64,000 nt of DNA. It comes from Epiperipatus broadwayi. Lineage: Eukaryota > Animalia > Onychophora. Made by a program: the position numbers and the translations under genes. A model generated the notes under the pieces. The model saw nothing but the letters and a program-made list of their open reading frames with translations, ran no database searches and was not told where the DNA came from. The stretch is taken from the NCBI GenBank assembly GCA_028023455.1, contig JAQFVV010000003.1, positions 12,152,001 through 12,216,000 of the forward strand, written 5' to 3'. This document shows, piece by piece, positions 37,880 to 51,066 of this stretch (positions are counted from its first letter, which is position 1; the number at the start of each line of letters is the position of its first letter).

Positions 37880-39597
37880 ATAATTATCAGATTTTTCATA
37901 TTTCTGTTTTGGAAATATTAAAATAGGTTTATTTTACAGAAATACTTAAATAAAAAGAAATTAAATATAATTTTTATATGACTATGCATACTAGTCAATG
38001 AATTAGAACTATAGATAATATATTTTACATTCTGGTTCTATAATTTCTCAATATGGTGTAGTGTTACATCTTTTCTTCAACAAAGATTTTTTTGAAAGGA
38101 CTTTAGCTTTGTTCAATTGATACTCTCCATTGTATTCTATCCTCAGCTATATCCTCCTGTTGAAAGAATTTGATACTTTTAGAATGTCTATAAATTAAAC
38201 AGAATTTTTTCTACCCCCTCTTTTCTTCCAATGCGTAAGCTTGTGGTTAAGACCTGTAGAGGTCCCTACCTTCGCATTTTTAACTGCACAAGCTTTAGGT
38301 TTATTGCCTTAGTAAATATTACTTACATAATCAGTGTGCGTTAAATAAATTTATAATTCAAATTTGTTATATATATTGAAACAGATATACTGTTCCACAT
38401 GTATATATATTCAAAAGACACCCCCCCCCCATTTAAAAAAGACTAGCATGATTTGATCAAATTAAAAAAGAAATAAAGCAAAAAGTTTATAGTTAAAAGA
38501 AAATCATTATTGATTTTATAGTTTTAAATTACAATATAATTTAAATATATCACTCATATTTATTTAAAGCTGGCATTTTTTATTATTATTATTACATTTT
38601 TAATTTTTGGAACGTTGTTTTCGAATAAAGTGTGATAATAGTTTGAGGCAGTCTTAATAAATTGGAAAACATGAACTAATGCTTATAATCTGTTATCTAT
38701 CCTGCTAAAAGTAGATTGCCCAATCCTTAAGAAGATAACAAACCAGGTACAGTGGGAAAGGCTACTTAATCAATCCAAGAATCAGTATAGATATAGTCGA
38801 GTTGCAGATTCGGAGCAGATTTTTAAAAAGTTTTTTCAAAGAGATTTTTAGGAAATTCTAAAGAAAGTTTTTCAAAGAGTTATTTTTTTCAAAGAGATAT
38901 TTTTCAAGTAAATGTTAAAGAAGAATTTTGAAAAAAGATTTTAATTTTAAAAAGATATTAAGAGCAGTTAAAGAACCACTGTTAATAATGGAAAAGGAAA
39001 ACATTATTAAGGAAATTATAACGATGGAAGGCTAAATCAACAGCTTCATCTCATGCCATATTTCTCCGAGATTTGCCTGGATGATCATCATGAAAGGGAA
39101 TAATGCCATTCAGCTTAAATAAAACGACCTCTTTTTGATGGAACAGATTGGATATAAACAAGAAAAAAAAAGAACGAAGGTAATAATTTTATAAAATATG
39201 TAACATTTATATGTGTTTATAAAAGATAAACAAAATGTCTTTCTTAGAAAAGAAACTAAAATTATGAATAAAAGTAGCTATATGAAAATACGTTTATTAT
39301 AAATGAAACTAAAATTATAAATAAATATAGCTACATGAAAATACATTTATTATTGATAAATTATAAATGAAACTGCTGGTGAATTTATGTATAAAAATAT
39401 ACGTCTGCAGCAGACCAAGTCAATATTTATGCTAGAAGAATTATATGTAAATCATAAATGCTTAAATGCAGATTAATGATATCTAAATAAAATAATAAAA
39501 TTTATATGTATGAATATACATCCATGTTTCAAATTATAAATGCTATTAGTTGTCTTCACGTATTGCACTCTTCTCTGTGAATTAATTAAATAATTAA

Positions 39598-39850
39598 AAA
39601 TGTAAATTATTAAAGAACTTGCATTCTTTAATTCCTATTGTACTATTATTGAATGTATACCAAGATACACAATGGACTGTAAATAAAATAATTTAAAATT
39701 AACTGGAACTCTGAATTAGACATAAAATGTAAATTGTTAAAGAACTTGCATTTCTTTAATTCATATTGCCCTACTACTGGATGTACACACAAGATACACA
39801 ATGGACTGTAAATAAAATATTTGTTAAATTAAGTGGAACTCTGCATTAGA
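39598..39850 (+). repeat. Diverged tandem duplication, period about 127 bp
   Basis: AAAATGTAAATT.TTAAAGAACTTGCATT...CAAGATACACAATGGACTGTAAATAAAAT...GGAACTCTG.ATTAGA occurs twice. Confidence 0.85.
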
Positions 39851-40516
39851 TGCTATCAGTTGTCTTCATTATTCTCTCTGTTGTCTCAATATATCACACT
39901 CCTCTCTGTGAAGTAACTAAATGATTAAAGATATAACTGTTGGGAGAAGGACTTTATTATACTCTCAACAGATTACATTTTCTTTTTTTAAAGTCATATA
40001 GAAATATTTTGCTTGATGGACCTTTATTTAAACTTGTTATTACATAAAACTATTGTTATTTAAAATTAATCTTAGTTATCCAGTTGTTCAATTCTATTTT
40101 GTTTTTATTGCATCACTCATCATTCAGTGCACTTGTTCATGAGAATCTCATGCCTCCTGAACTACGTCTGGCATAACTAGACCTAGGTAAGTCAGGTTGT
40201 AGTGATATGGAACTCTAGTGGCGCCGTTTGGAAAACCAAACGTAGAAATATCTAGGTGCTTCCAGTCTCTATGGTGCTACATCCTCTGATGAGCAGGAAA
40301 TATTGTTGTAGGGGGGGGGTAACATCTGCATTGGGGAATGCCAATCGATAGTTCCTTCCTCCAGCATGCTCATCAGGAAATTTTTACAACCGAGGTAATA
40401 AAGGAATTGTATGGTGGTCCGGTTACAATATATTTAGGATGTCTGTTCCATCTGCTTTATATATCTAGTTCAATGGAAATGCAATTTTATAATTATTGAT
40501 TGACTAAATCCAGCAC

Positions 40517-40759
40517 AAACAGGCAAAACTCTCCATACAGTAGTGCTACTCAGTGCAAACCAGAGTAATCAATGGATGCAAGAAGGTTTGTGCATAAAAT
40601 CCCTATCTACTGTCTACTCATCCAAATCCCCAGACTAGTTTCTAGCTTTTGGCTTTCATCAGTGAGGAGCCTTGGATCTGAGAGCACTGACTTCTTACAT
40701 CCATTGATTACTCTGGCTTGCACTGAGTTGCACTACTGTATGGAGAGTTTTGCCTGTTT
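40517..40759. mobile_element. MITE-like inverted repeat (about 69-bp arms)
   Basis: AAACAGGCAAAACTCTCCATACAGTAGTGC...GCAAGAAG (40517-40585) is the near-perfect reverse complement of 40691-40759. Confidence 0.8.
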
Positions 40760-40999
40760 TTACAGCTTGAGCAAGCATAAGAAATGGTGATCATGTGATG
40801 TAAATCCATCAAACTGAAGAACTTACAAATTGATTTTTATAATCTTGCTATTATACTTTCCCAGTATTATATAGCACCTTTAAATTAAATTTTTTTTTGC
40901 TTTGTTTCCATACAATAAATTTGTCACAGTGTCAGCCCTACAAAGTAGTATTTATTTGCAATAGTTTTAGTACTGTGATGAAATACCATATTTTTTACC

Positions 41000-42950
41000 T
41001 GGTTAAATGCACCAGCAGTAATTAGAATTTGTGCTACATCTCTAAGGTCAAATTCTATTTTTCTACTGATCAAATTACCAAAATATTTTCAATTGTTCCA
41101 TGTTCTCAAATTGGTAACCATACACTTTAAAAGTCAATGGACATTTTTCTTTCATAATTGACTAATAAAGCAGTGAAGTTTTTATTTTTTGAAACAATAA
41201 TTACTTCAACAAATTTCTTTAATTTATTCAGTTGCATTCAAAACAGGAAGGACATTCTGTAGACTATCCTCTGAATTGATGAAATGAGCACAATCATGAG
41301 CATACTGTAAATCTAGAAGACAAGAAGATAAAATTCTTGAATTTGCTTATGTCAGTTCAAATTAAAAAGCTTATCATCAAATCCATATCACATCTTAATA
41401 CCATCTGCTTGAAACTATCTGTAAATGTTTCTAAAGATAATTGAAATGAAAATAAAAAAATAAATTTCATGTTAATAGACAATCTTGTTTAACACCTGTT
41501 TTTATATTAAATGCCTTAAAATTTCCACCACCGGTAATAATGCTTCTCAAACCATCATGTAGCCTATGAACAGCTAATTACTTTCAAATATTTCCCCAAG
41601 ACTATCTCATTTAACTGAGTCATTTTGATCAAATCAATAAAAGCAATATATAAATCATAACCTTGATTACAGCACTTCTTTTGCATTTTGCTAGTGACGA
41701 AAACCATGTTTATAGTCTTCCCAGTCTCTAGAAAACATTCATCTTTGACTATTCACAAAAATCCTTGAAAAATATGTGTACTGTGATATTCTACAATAGT
41801 TACAACTGTCTTTTTTATTCCCTTTATAAATTGAAACAATAAAATTATCCTTAAGATCGGACAGCATAATTAATTTTTAAGGGTTTTGATATTCAAATAA
41901 CACTATATTTTAAAAATTCTCTGTAGTTCCATCAGGACCTGCAACTTTTATTATTTTTAAGATTACTGTTTTAACTTTATTAATCTGGATATCTTTATTC
42001 AAATTTAAATAAATTGATAAGATGAATAAATCATTAATTGTTAATACTTTTATCATTATACAAAAAAGATATTTGCAATATATTTTATACCTGTTTAAAA
42101 TGTTATAATTATCAGAATATTATCCATTTACTCAATAGGATTTTGATAGCTAGTTGTTACCAATTATGTATGAATGGATTCTCCAGAACGATCTATTTTT
42201 GTAGGATTTTTGTCTTTTTAATGGTAAATTTTTTACTGTTAATGGAGTTCTTTCATATAATTGTTGGATGTCCTCTTCCTGTTTTTTACTCTCAACTTTT
42301 CCAAGCATTATAGCCTTTTCTAATGGAGTCTCATAATAATATTATAATAATAATATTTAAGCATGAATGATCATTTATGCTTCAAGTAAAAATTTAAGTG
42401 CGATTTCTCGAGTATCCACTTGTTCATTGATCTCACAGTCCATAATATCTTTAAATATTTTGCAAACATCATAGTTCAAAAGCATCAATGCTTTTTCTAT
42501 TCTACTTAAATTGTCCAACTTTGACGTAATGTCGTACAGCACTGAATAATTTTGATCTTTGTTTTAAAGATGTGGCTCAGGCTTGGAAAATATTAGTTTT
42601 ATTGTTGATTGATAAATAACCTGTTCACATATCACCATTAACATGTTCGTTTTTTAAGTTCATGTTTTTTTAACTTCATTTTCTTAGAAAAGCATCCCTC
42701 TTTCTTATGACTGTAGTTTTTTTTTCATCTATTGTTATGTTAATTTATCCCCCCCCCCCACATTTTGTGAAACATTTTAGTTCCTAAGAATATATTTAAT
42801 CATGTTTTATTAATCTTGTTTTAATCAATAGTTATTCATATTTTTTTTTAAGGTTTTTGTTCGTAAATGATATAGTATTCATTCATCTTCCAATCTTCTT
42901 TTAGTAAAAATCTTATTTTATGCAATAATGTTTATATATATATATTTTTA
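41000..42950 (-). pseudogene. RTE-clade LINE relics (RT region and BovB-like 3' region)
   Basis: Minus strand TGKTINMVFVTSKMQKKC..QGYDLYIAFIDL..IKTGVKQDCLL; ATTGATGCTTTTGAACTATG near 42470-42490. Possibly two separate fragments. Confidence 0.75.
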
Positions 42951-44755
42951 TTCATATATATATATTTAGGTTCTAGTTCTTAAATGACATAATATTCATT
43001 TATCTTTTTTCATAGTCAAATATTTTTTAAAAAAATTTAAATCATTTCATTTTTTTCTTTGAATGTCCACATTTCATATTTATCCAATGCCAGATTGGGT
43101 TTGTATCATTGTTGAATTTGTCAGTAATCTAGTAAATAAAAAGTAGAAGAAGTGTAACAGCCTTATATATATATATATATAAACACATTAACAGGTGGAA
43201 ATACCCACTTTGATCACTGTCTAGGTAATTCAGTTGAATGATTTTAATAGTTAAAATAATGAACAGGTTTCGGCAGTTGATTGTCAAATGTTGATATCCT
43301 GGTATATTATAGACCTTGAACAAAATACATTTGTAAAGAAATGATTTTTAATTAAAATGAAAAATGATTTTTGAAACAAGATATTCATAACTTGATATAA
43401 TGATTAACAACTATACAATTGTTTGCTTCTGGACTCAGCGGACTAGTAAAATAATGAGTCAAATCTATCATTGATAGTAAAGATTATGCCGAGAAATGTT
43501 GATTTTTAGAATTCAAATTTTATTTTTTTATATTTTCTTCAATGTTTGTTAAATTATGGTCATAATCCATAAATGAAATAAATGTTTAACTTTCCTAATT
43601 CTTCATTGTTACTATATTATGTAATTAGATTCTTGTGGGAAATTGATCTCCAGAAAATCTCTATTGGTAATAACTTTGAACTTTGCATATTATTTGTCAA
43701 TAAGTATCTTAGATCTGATGAATAAGAAAAGAGTTTGATATTTATTTATATTAATTTGTTTAAGGGTCTGTATAAAAGTTACCTTAATTTTTATAATTTT
43801 CTGGAAATTCCATACACCATGATTTCTGATATACTGTCTATATTCTCTTAATAGCATCTAATCTAAAGAAAATCTAGGCCAATGGTTTATATTCAAAAAG
43901 CATTTGCCTTAGATATAAAAATTAATTTCTTATCATAAGCTGCAGCAATGACTATTCCTTATTTTAAGCATTTCCTTTTTTTGCTGATTATCACCTGCTT
44001 TCAGTGATTATGAGTACATACATGTACATACTCACCCACAAATATTTAGTTCAATTTTCCTGACCATTGAAAAGTACCCAAATAAGCTTAAGATGTTTTA
44101 AGTACCTAATCCATAAGAAATTCAAGTAAATGTTCATTATTGGGTATAAAATAAGGCAAGGAAGGTGTTAAGATCTCAGTTACTATCAGTTAATCATCTC
44201 GATAAATAGCAATGTTTGTCGGTGTGTGTGAAGAAATATTTAAAAAGTTTTTGTCCTGCAGGACCTAAATTCTTTTATGTTTTTGCTTTGTTTATATCAA
44301 AATAAGACCCTTATACATAGTCATTAACTCATCTACTGCCATGGTAATATTTGAGGTCTGAATCCAATCAAATGAACCTTGAAATTAAACCAGTCATGAT
44401 TAGATTTTTTTTTCCAGGTAGCAAGCACATAGCTGATTCAGCTAGCTTGTTGTTATTAATGATTGGAGAATGAGTATTTAGCTATTCTTAGCTTGAGAGA
44501 AAAAAATCTCGGGAAAATCTGATTTGATCAGATGAATTTGGATATGCTGACTATAAGTAAACAAAATATTACTGTAATCTGATGCAGCCTTCACCATACA
44601 TGCATGAAATGTTGAACTTCTACAGGCATAAATTAGCTATTACTTTTACATCAGCACAGTTTATGAAATTGATTTAGTATTGTTGAAAGTCTCTAATATA
44701 AATTGTTATAAAGTTAAAAAATGAAAACTGATATTTATTGTTTCTTCTATTTCAG

Positions 44756-44997
44756 GTCTCTCATTCTGTGATTCAATATCAGCAGACAGGTAAACCATTA
44801 TATGAAGTGAAAGATATTTCTCTCAGCACCCTCTGTAAAAGGTATGGTGCACATACAGGTCCTAGAAGAGAAAAACAGAAAAAAACTTTAAGGAGGACTG
44901 ATTATTGGATTCAGCGGCCTTTGACAGATGAAATGCTTTTATATCTCTCTTGTGATACCTTGGCTATATTTCCCCGGGTTTATGAAGTAATGAAAGG
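44756..44997 (+). CDS. egl: egalitarian homologue, internal exon (ExoIII region)
   Basis: tttcag|GTC...GG|gtaaga, phase 0/2. VSHSVIQYQQTGKPLYEVKDISLSTLCKRYGA...DYWIQRPLTDEMLLYLSCD matches Egl AHAILQYQESGK.VYK.K.ISL..LC..Y.A...FW..RPLT.EM.LYAA.D. Confidence 0.92.
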
Positions 44998-45531
44998 GTA
45001 AGAAAAAAAACAGGTTTTGTATACATAAATATCTCTTAAATTCTTATTTATATATATATTGTAATTGAATATTTGTGGACATCAAATTCTTTCAACTATA
45101 CGATTGGACACATGTCAGTATACTAATTCATGTGCCAAAATGAAGTTGAATGAAATAGCCATTATGTGTATTGTGATCCATTGAGTCAATATTTATGACA
45201 ATATTTATTGAGGTAAGTACCCTTATGTCTGACAAATGTTGGTAGCGGGAAACACTGATTATCCCCCTTTTATGGATATAATTCAGATACCCCTTGTTTG
45301 GGAGTATCAGTTTATAAAATTATAAGTGTCTCTAATAGTTCTTCAAAAAGTTGTCTTTATTATTTCATGCTATCTTTTCCATAACTCACATTTCTTGTTT
45401 CTCTAGAAGTCTTTAGAACGGAAACTTTTGATGGATCAAACAAACATGTATATGTAAAAAATGTATGACTCAGTATAGAATGTATTTTGGAGAATAAAAG
45501 TAATTTAATAAAAATTTAATATTATATAACA

Positions 45532-48409
45532 CAGCGTTTATTAAACTGTGGGATTTTGGGATCACAAAAATTTAATTCAGATACATGAATTTAAAGAAAT
45601 ATTAGTTGCAATCCCTTTATTATCTTCAATTTAATATATTACATTTTCTTTATAGCCCAATTATAAAATCGTAATGATGGCCAAGTTGAGCTGTAAATTA
45701 TATTTACATATTGAAAAATAACACTAAATGCATCATAATAGTGATGTTGCATTGCAATTTTTGCATATAAGTTATTTCAAAATCAAAATATATGCTGCAG
45801 TGGTGAGAATAAAGTTGGTGCCACTGTGATTATAATGCATTTTCGGTCAAGTTTTTCATTTCGGTTTCATTTCAACAAGTGTCCACATCGCACGAACAAT
45901 ACAATATGACTACAGTTAGTATTTATTTGAATTAATATTATGAAAGATGCTTGCATACTTTTTTTTTCTCACTTTTTAATTCAAAATTTATCATCCTATT
46001 AGTTATGATAAAAATTTATTTTTTATTTTAAACTTATTGTCATTTATTTATTAACAAGTAAAAACATATTCCTATTTTTTAAACTTGATTAATTGATTTA
46101 TTGATATTTTTTAAATATTAAAAAATAAAACATACTGGGATATTAAATATGATTCGTATAATTAAACAAAAAACACGGCTGCCACTTGGTGTCTGCTAAT
46201 TAATAAGTACTCTTATTTTATTTATATTTTAGGATAAAAATATTTTTTACCCATGGATAAATGGTTGAACTTGAGTACCAAAGGTAATGATGCAGACGGC
46301 AATGCTTCAAAGTCTCTCCAAAGCAGGATCTCATAATCAGAAAGAAGTATCTAAGATGCGAAAAAGAAAATACGATGAGACATTTCTTCAATTTGGCTTT
46401 ACTTTCAACAACTGTGATGGTAATGAGCAACCTCTTTGTTTAATTTGCAATAATATTTTGTCTATGGAGAGTATGAAACCATCAAAATTAAAAAGGCATT
46501 TTGAATACAAGCATCCTTCATATGTCAATAAACCAAAAGAATATTTTGAATGACTGTTAAAAACTTCAAATAAAGAAAAACAATATTTTGAGAAATTTAT
46601 AACTGTTAATGAAAAATATTTAGTTGCATCATATGAAGTTTCATATCTGATTGCTAAAAATAAAAAGCCATACACCATTGGATAATATCTTATATTATCT
46701 GCTGCTATTAAAATGATGGAAACATTTCACGGAAGTAAATATGGTGATGAAATTTGGAAAATTTCTTTGTCATATGACACTGTCACTAATAGAATTTCTG
46801 AAATTAACAATGACTAATTTGAGCAACTTATTACTAGACTTAAAGAAAGCCCAATATTTACAATTCATTTGGACGAAACAACTGATATTTCAAAAATAGC
46901 TCAATTATTACTATATGTCAAATACATTTATAAAGAAAACATTGAGGAAGAATTGTTATTTTGTCATTCTTTGGAAGAACATACAAGAGGGGGGAAGACA
47001 TATATAATAAAGTAGACAATTTTTTAAAAAACAAGTTTTAGAATGGAAAAATTGCTTTGGAGTATGCACAGATGGTGCAAAAGCAATGACTGGTGAAAAT
47101 ATTGTTTTTAAATCATTTGTTAAAGCTTCTGGTAATAATCATGTAACTTTTACATACTGCCTGATCCATCGAGAGGCCCTTGCAGCAAAAACCTTAGCAA
47201 TAGAATTGAACGATATGCTTCAGAATGCTGTCAAAATTATAAACTTTATTAAGCTCTTAACAGCCATTTATTTTCAAATCTTTGTAAAGACATGGACTCT
47301 GAATACAAAAATTTATTATTACATGCAGAAGTAAGATGAATGTTGAGAGGGCGAAATTTAAGAAGATTATTGTTATTAAAAGAAAAAATTATTGTATTTT
47401 TAACCGAACAAAAATCTGATCATGCTGCCTTTTCCAAAATGTTTTATAGCTATCAAAACTGTGCTATTTGTCTGATATTTTTGAGAAGCTAAATGATCTT
47501 AACTTGTTTCTTCAAGGATAAAATAGCAATATTTTTATTTCCAATGATAAAATTGAAGGTTTTATTAAAAAGAATCAACATTTGGAAGAATGGAGTGGAA
47601 AATGATTCATTGGAAATGTTTTCGACTATAGACAATTTTATAATTGACAAAATTAAATTGAGAGACTGCAAAACCTCTCGCACTCATTACTCTAACAGCT
47701 TTATAAAAATAAATATTATAATTGAAAAAAATAATTATAAAACTTTAATTGCAAAAAGTATTATAGATCACTTAAAAATCCTAGAAACACAGTTTTGCAA
47801 ATACTTTATATCGAATTTAGATTTCAAAAAGTCATCTTGGATTCAAAGACCATTTTTGATTGACATTAATGAGATTAATCACCTGCCATATAAAGCCCAA
47901 GAGGAATTTGCTGAGCTATTGAGTGTCTCAAACTTAAAACTTGATTTTCCACAAATATCCTTGACTGAATTCTGGATCGGAGCTAGGACTGAATTTCCCA
48001 CAATTTCAGAAATGGCATTAAATGTTCTTCTGCCATTCAGCACCACATACTTATGTGAAATGACTTTTTCAGCTTTAACATATATTAAATCCAAATATCG
48101 TTCAATGCTGAAAAACGTTGAAGATGCTTTACGTCCAGCAGTAGCAAATATTTCACCAAAATTTAATTTGTTATGCAGAAAAAAATAAGAACATCCGTCT
48201 CAATAAAACATTATTTTTTTTCATTAATTTTTGTATACTTAAAACAAATTCTAAAACTACTTATTTTCATATGTATATTGCTTACCAAAGAAATAAATTA
48301 TTTATGGGAATATTTATTTCTATATCTATTTTATATTTAATATCTGGGGTCATGAAAAAATCTCAATGATAAAAAGGAGTCATGAATGAAAAAAGTTAAA
48401 GAAGCACTG
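45532..48409 (+). mobile_element. Buster/Charlie-type hAT DNA transposon, full length but defective
   Basis: TIRs CAGCGTTTATTAAACT and (rc) CAGTGCTTCTTTAACT. Perfect 8-bp TSD ATATAACA (45524-45531, 48410-48417) fits the Buster nnnTAnnn preference. Confidence 0.92.
46287..48190 (+). pseudogene. Buster-family transposase (ZBED5/SCAND3-like) with stops and frameshifts
   Basis: KRKYDE.FL.FGFT...PLCLIC..IL..ESMKPSKLKRHF..KHP, HC.IHREALAAK and LLPFSTTYLCEMTFSAL.YIKSKYRS motifs. Confidence 0.93.
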
Positions 48410-50208
48410 ATATAACAGATAGAAATTAATAACAAAGCAAATACAGCTAACCGCAAATACGCAGATACATTGCTCTTATTCCACATATTGCTAAGAAAAT
48501 AAAAATAGTTAAAGATTCTATTAAATAGACAAAACAATTTACGAAGAAAAGAAGAAATGTGAAAATATATAAAAAGGATTCATTAAAGCATTGAATTTCT
48601 AGAATTTTGTAAAATGGTACAAAAAAGAATTAGTAATGATATAATAAAATACAACTGTGAATTAGCCAGAAAAGCATAAAAGAAAATAAAAGTATCAAAA
48701 TTGTTGAACAACATCTTGGTATAAGAAAAAAGATGGAACTGTTATTAGGTGAGGCATGCAATTAAATCTATGAAGAAGAATAAGGCTCCAAAAAGTAATA
48801 TATGCAGAAATATAAAAAAATTGTTGGAAAAATTACACAGCCAATGTCTAAATGGTAACGATGTATCAGTTGATCAAAAGAATGCAGTATTAATATTTTA
48901 AAAAGGTGATAGAGAAGTTATTAGAAATTGCAGACCTGTTGGTCTCTTGTCATTTTATAAAAATTTTTTTACCAGGGTCAACTTATCTACAGGGAATTTT
49001 GGATTTTAAAGAATCAAAAGAACAAGCTGGATTTAAAAGTGCTTCTAATACAATAAATCACATCCAAATATTGAGAGAAATTATAGAAAAGATCTATGAA
49101 TATGACTTATCATTATACTTTGGATTGATAGATTACGAAAAGCCTTTAAAGTCCATAAGCATTTCTTCAGTGATTAGGATATTAGGTCATTAAGGTATAG
49201 ACTCAGGATATTGTCATATTCTGAAGAACATTTATAAAATTGCAGCAGCAACAATTAGATTACATAATGATACTAGGAAAATTAACATTGAGAAGGATAT
49301 CTGAAAGTTTGATTCTATATCTCAAAAAAATTTTAGAGCAAAGCTATGGAAATAAAAATAAATGAGAATTATTTAAGTCATCTAGATTTGGAAGATGACA
49401 TAGTTGTTTTTGCAAATAATGCTTCAGAGATTTAGGAAATGTTGCAAGAATTATCAGAAGAAAGAAAGATTAAAGGTTTCTCAAAAGAAGAAAATAAAAA
49501 CGATGAATTAGAAGAAGTTAATAATTACAAATATCTTGGTTAGATTATTAATACAAATCAAAACATAATGACTGAATTTAATCATAGAATTAAATTTGGT
49601 TGGAGTATTTCTAGGAAAAATAAATTTAATATTAAAAGGAAATATGCCTATGTGTTTAAAAAGGAAAGTTTTTAATAAATGTATTTTACCAGTTCTGAGA
49701 CTTGACACTTAACAGAAGAGCAATACTGAGACTTCAGACCACTCATAGAAGTATGGTGAGATGTATGTTAGAAGTATTAAGAAGGGATTGAAAATGAAAT
49801 ACATGGGTGAAAGAACAAAAGGGTATCATTGAAAGAATTAAAAAACTGATGTGCATTTGGGCTGGACATATTGCTAGAAGAGATGTTAATAAATTGACAG
49901 TTTGAAATCATAAACTGGTTTTCAAGAAACTGTAAAAGACTTAGAAAGAGACCACAGCAGAAATGAATGGATGAAATAAGTAACTGTATAGAGAAAGAGA
50001 CTAGAGATTGAAGAAACTGGATTAAACTTAGAGAGATCTTCATCCTGCAGTGGATTATGCCCTGATTTTGTATTGAAAATTAAAGTATAGTTATGTAGAT
50101 ATTTCTATAATAATAATAAAATTAACTCTATAGATAAATGCATGCATAAAAGTAGATTACTACACACTCATCATTCTATTCAATGAATTATTCAACTAAG
50201 AGTAATAG

Positions 50209-50285
50209 TAAATATAGCGGACTTGAACTCAGTCTTTCAAGCCACCAATTCGGCTCCAGGTATAAGAGTGCCTGGTATTTCAAAT
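50209..50285 (-). mobile_element. 77-bp insertion with 13-bp TSD, sharing a B-box segment with the hammerhead repeat
   Basis: Direct repeat CTAAGAGTAATAG (50196-50208, 50286-50298). Minus strand GAAAGACTGAGTTCAAGTCC resembles GAAAGTCTGAGTTCGAATCC of the 56.7-kb copy. Confidence 0.65.
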
Positions 50286-50719
50286 CTAAGAGTAATAGCT
50301 AACAAATCTGCTATTTATTTTAATTTAAAATAAAGCATTGGCAAATCGTGCGTATTACTCCTTAATTCAAAGATTAAATTGGTGTGTATTTTGCAATAAC
50401 ATTTTAAAAAATGATAAATATTAGATTTTAAAACAAAATAATTATGCGTACTAAAAATTACAAAAAAAAAAAATCACAATTAAATGATTTTCATATTAAG
50501 GTCTTTTAAAATATATATTTTTAAAATTATATATAATTTAAATTTTTTACTAACAATTCATGCTTATGGTTTGCTTACTTCACAGGGTTTTGATGGAGCT
50601 GCTAAATGTTTATATTTCCTTCTCAAGATAGTTCTCCCAATGATTTGTACATTAGTTATTCTTTACTGCAGATTTCTATAACATTTATTCTTGGTTTTTC
50701 TGATTTCTTTAATATTTGA

Positions 50720-51066
50720 TATATAATAGTAGGTAATGTGGGAATAACAAGAAGAGATCGAAAATGCAATATATGGGTAAGAGAACAAACAGGTGTTACT
50801 GATCTCATTGAAAAAATTAAAAGACTGAAGTGGAGTTGGGCTGTGCATATTGCTAGAAGAGATGATAATAGATGGACAATTGAAATCTTAAACTGGATTC
50901 CAAGAGATTGTAAAGGACCCAGAAAGAGACCACATGTGAGATGGATGGATGAAATAAGAAAATGTGCAGGGGTGATGTGGAGAAGAGAAGCTAAAAATCG
51001 GAGAAGATGGATTGAACTTGGAGAGACCTTCATCCTGCAGTGGATTGATAATGGTTGAAGATGATG
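50720..51066 (+). mobile_element. 5'-truncated RTE LINE 3' end
   Basis: KRLKWSWAVHIARRDDNRWT..IL.W.PR..K.PR.RP..RW.DEI, ending GAGACCTTCATCCTGCAGTGGATTGATAATGGTTGAAGATGATGA. Confidence 0.9.

Larger units (their letters stand above)
45400..50060 (+). mobile_element. Decayed RTE LINE interrupted by a Buster hAT element
   Basis: EN-like IECILENKSNLIK left of 45532. Right of 48417: NCRPVGLLS, EQAGFKS..NTINHIQILREIIEK.YEY.L.LYFGLIDYEK and the 3' end TTCATCCTGCAGTGGAT at about 50039-50056. Confidence 0.7.

Noticed and set aside
40283-40313. Hammerhead-like CCU-CUGAUGA-GCAG-GAAA-UAUUGUUG-UA-GGG, plus a minus-strand CUGAUGAG at about 40368-40375
   Set aside because: Only 4 nt lie between CUGAUGA and GAAA, so stem II cannot form; the minus-strand motif has no GAAA
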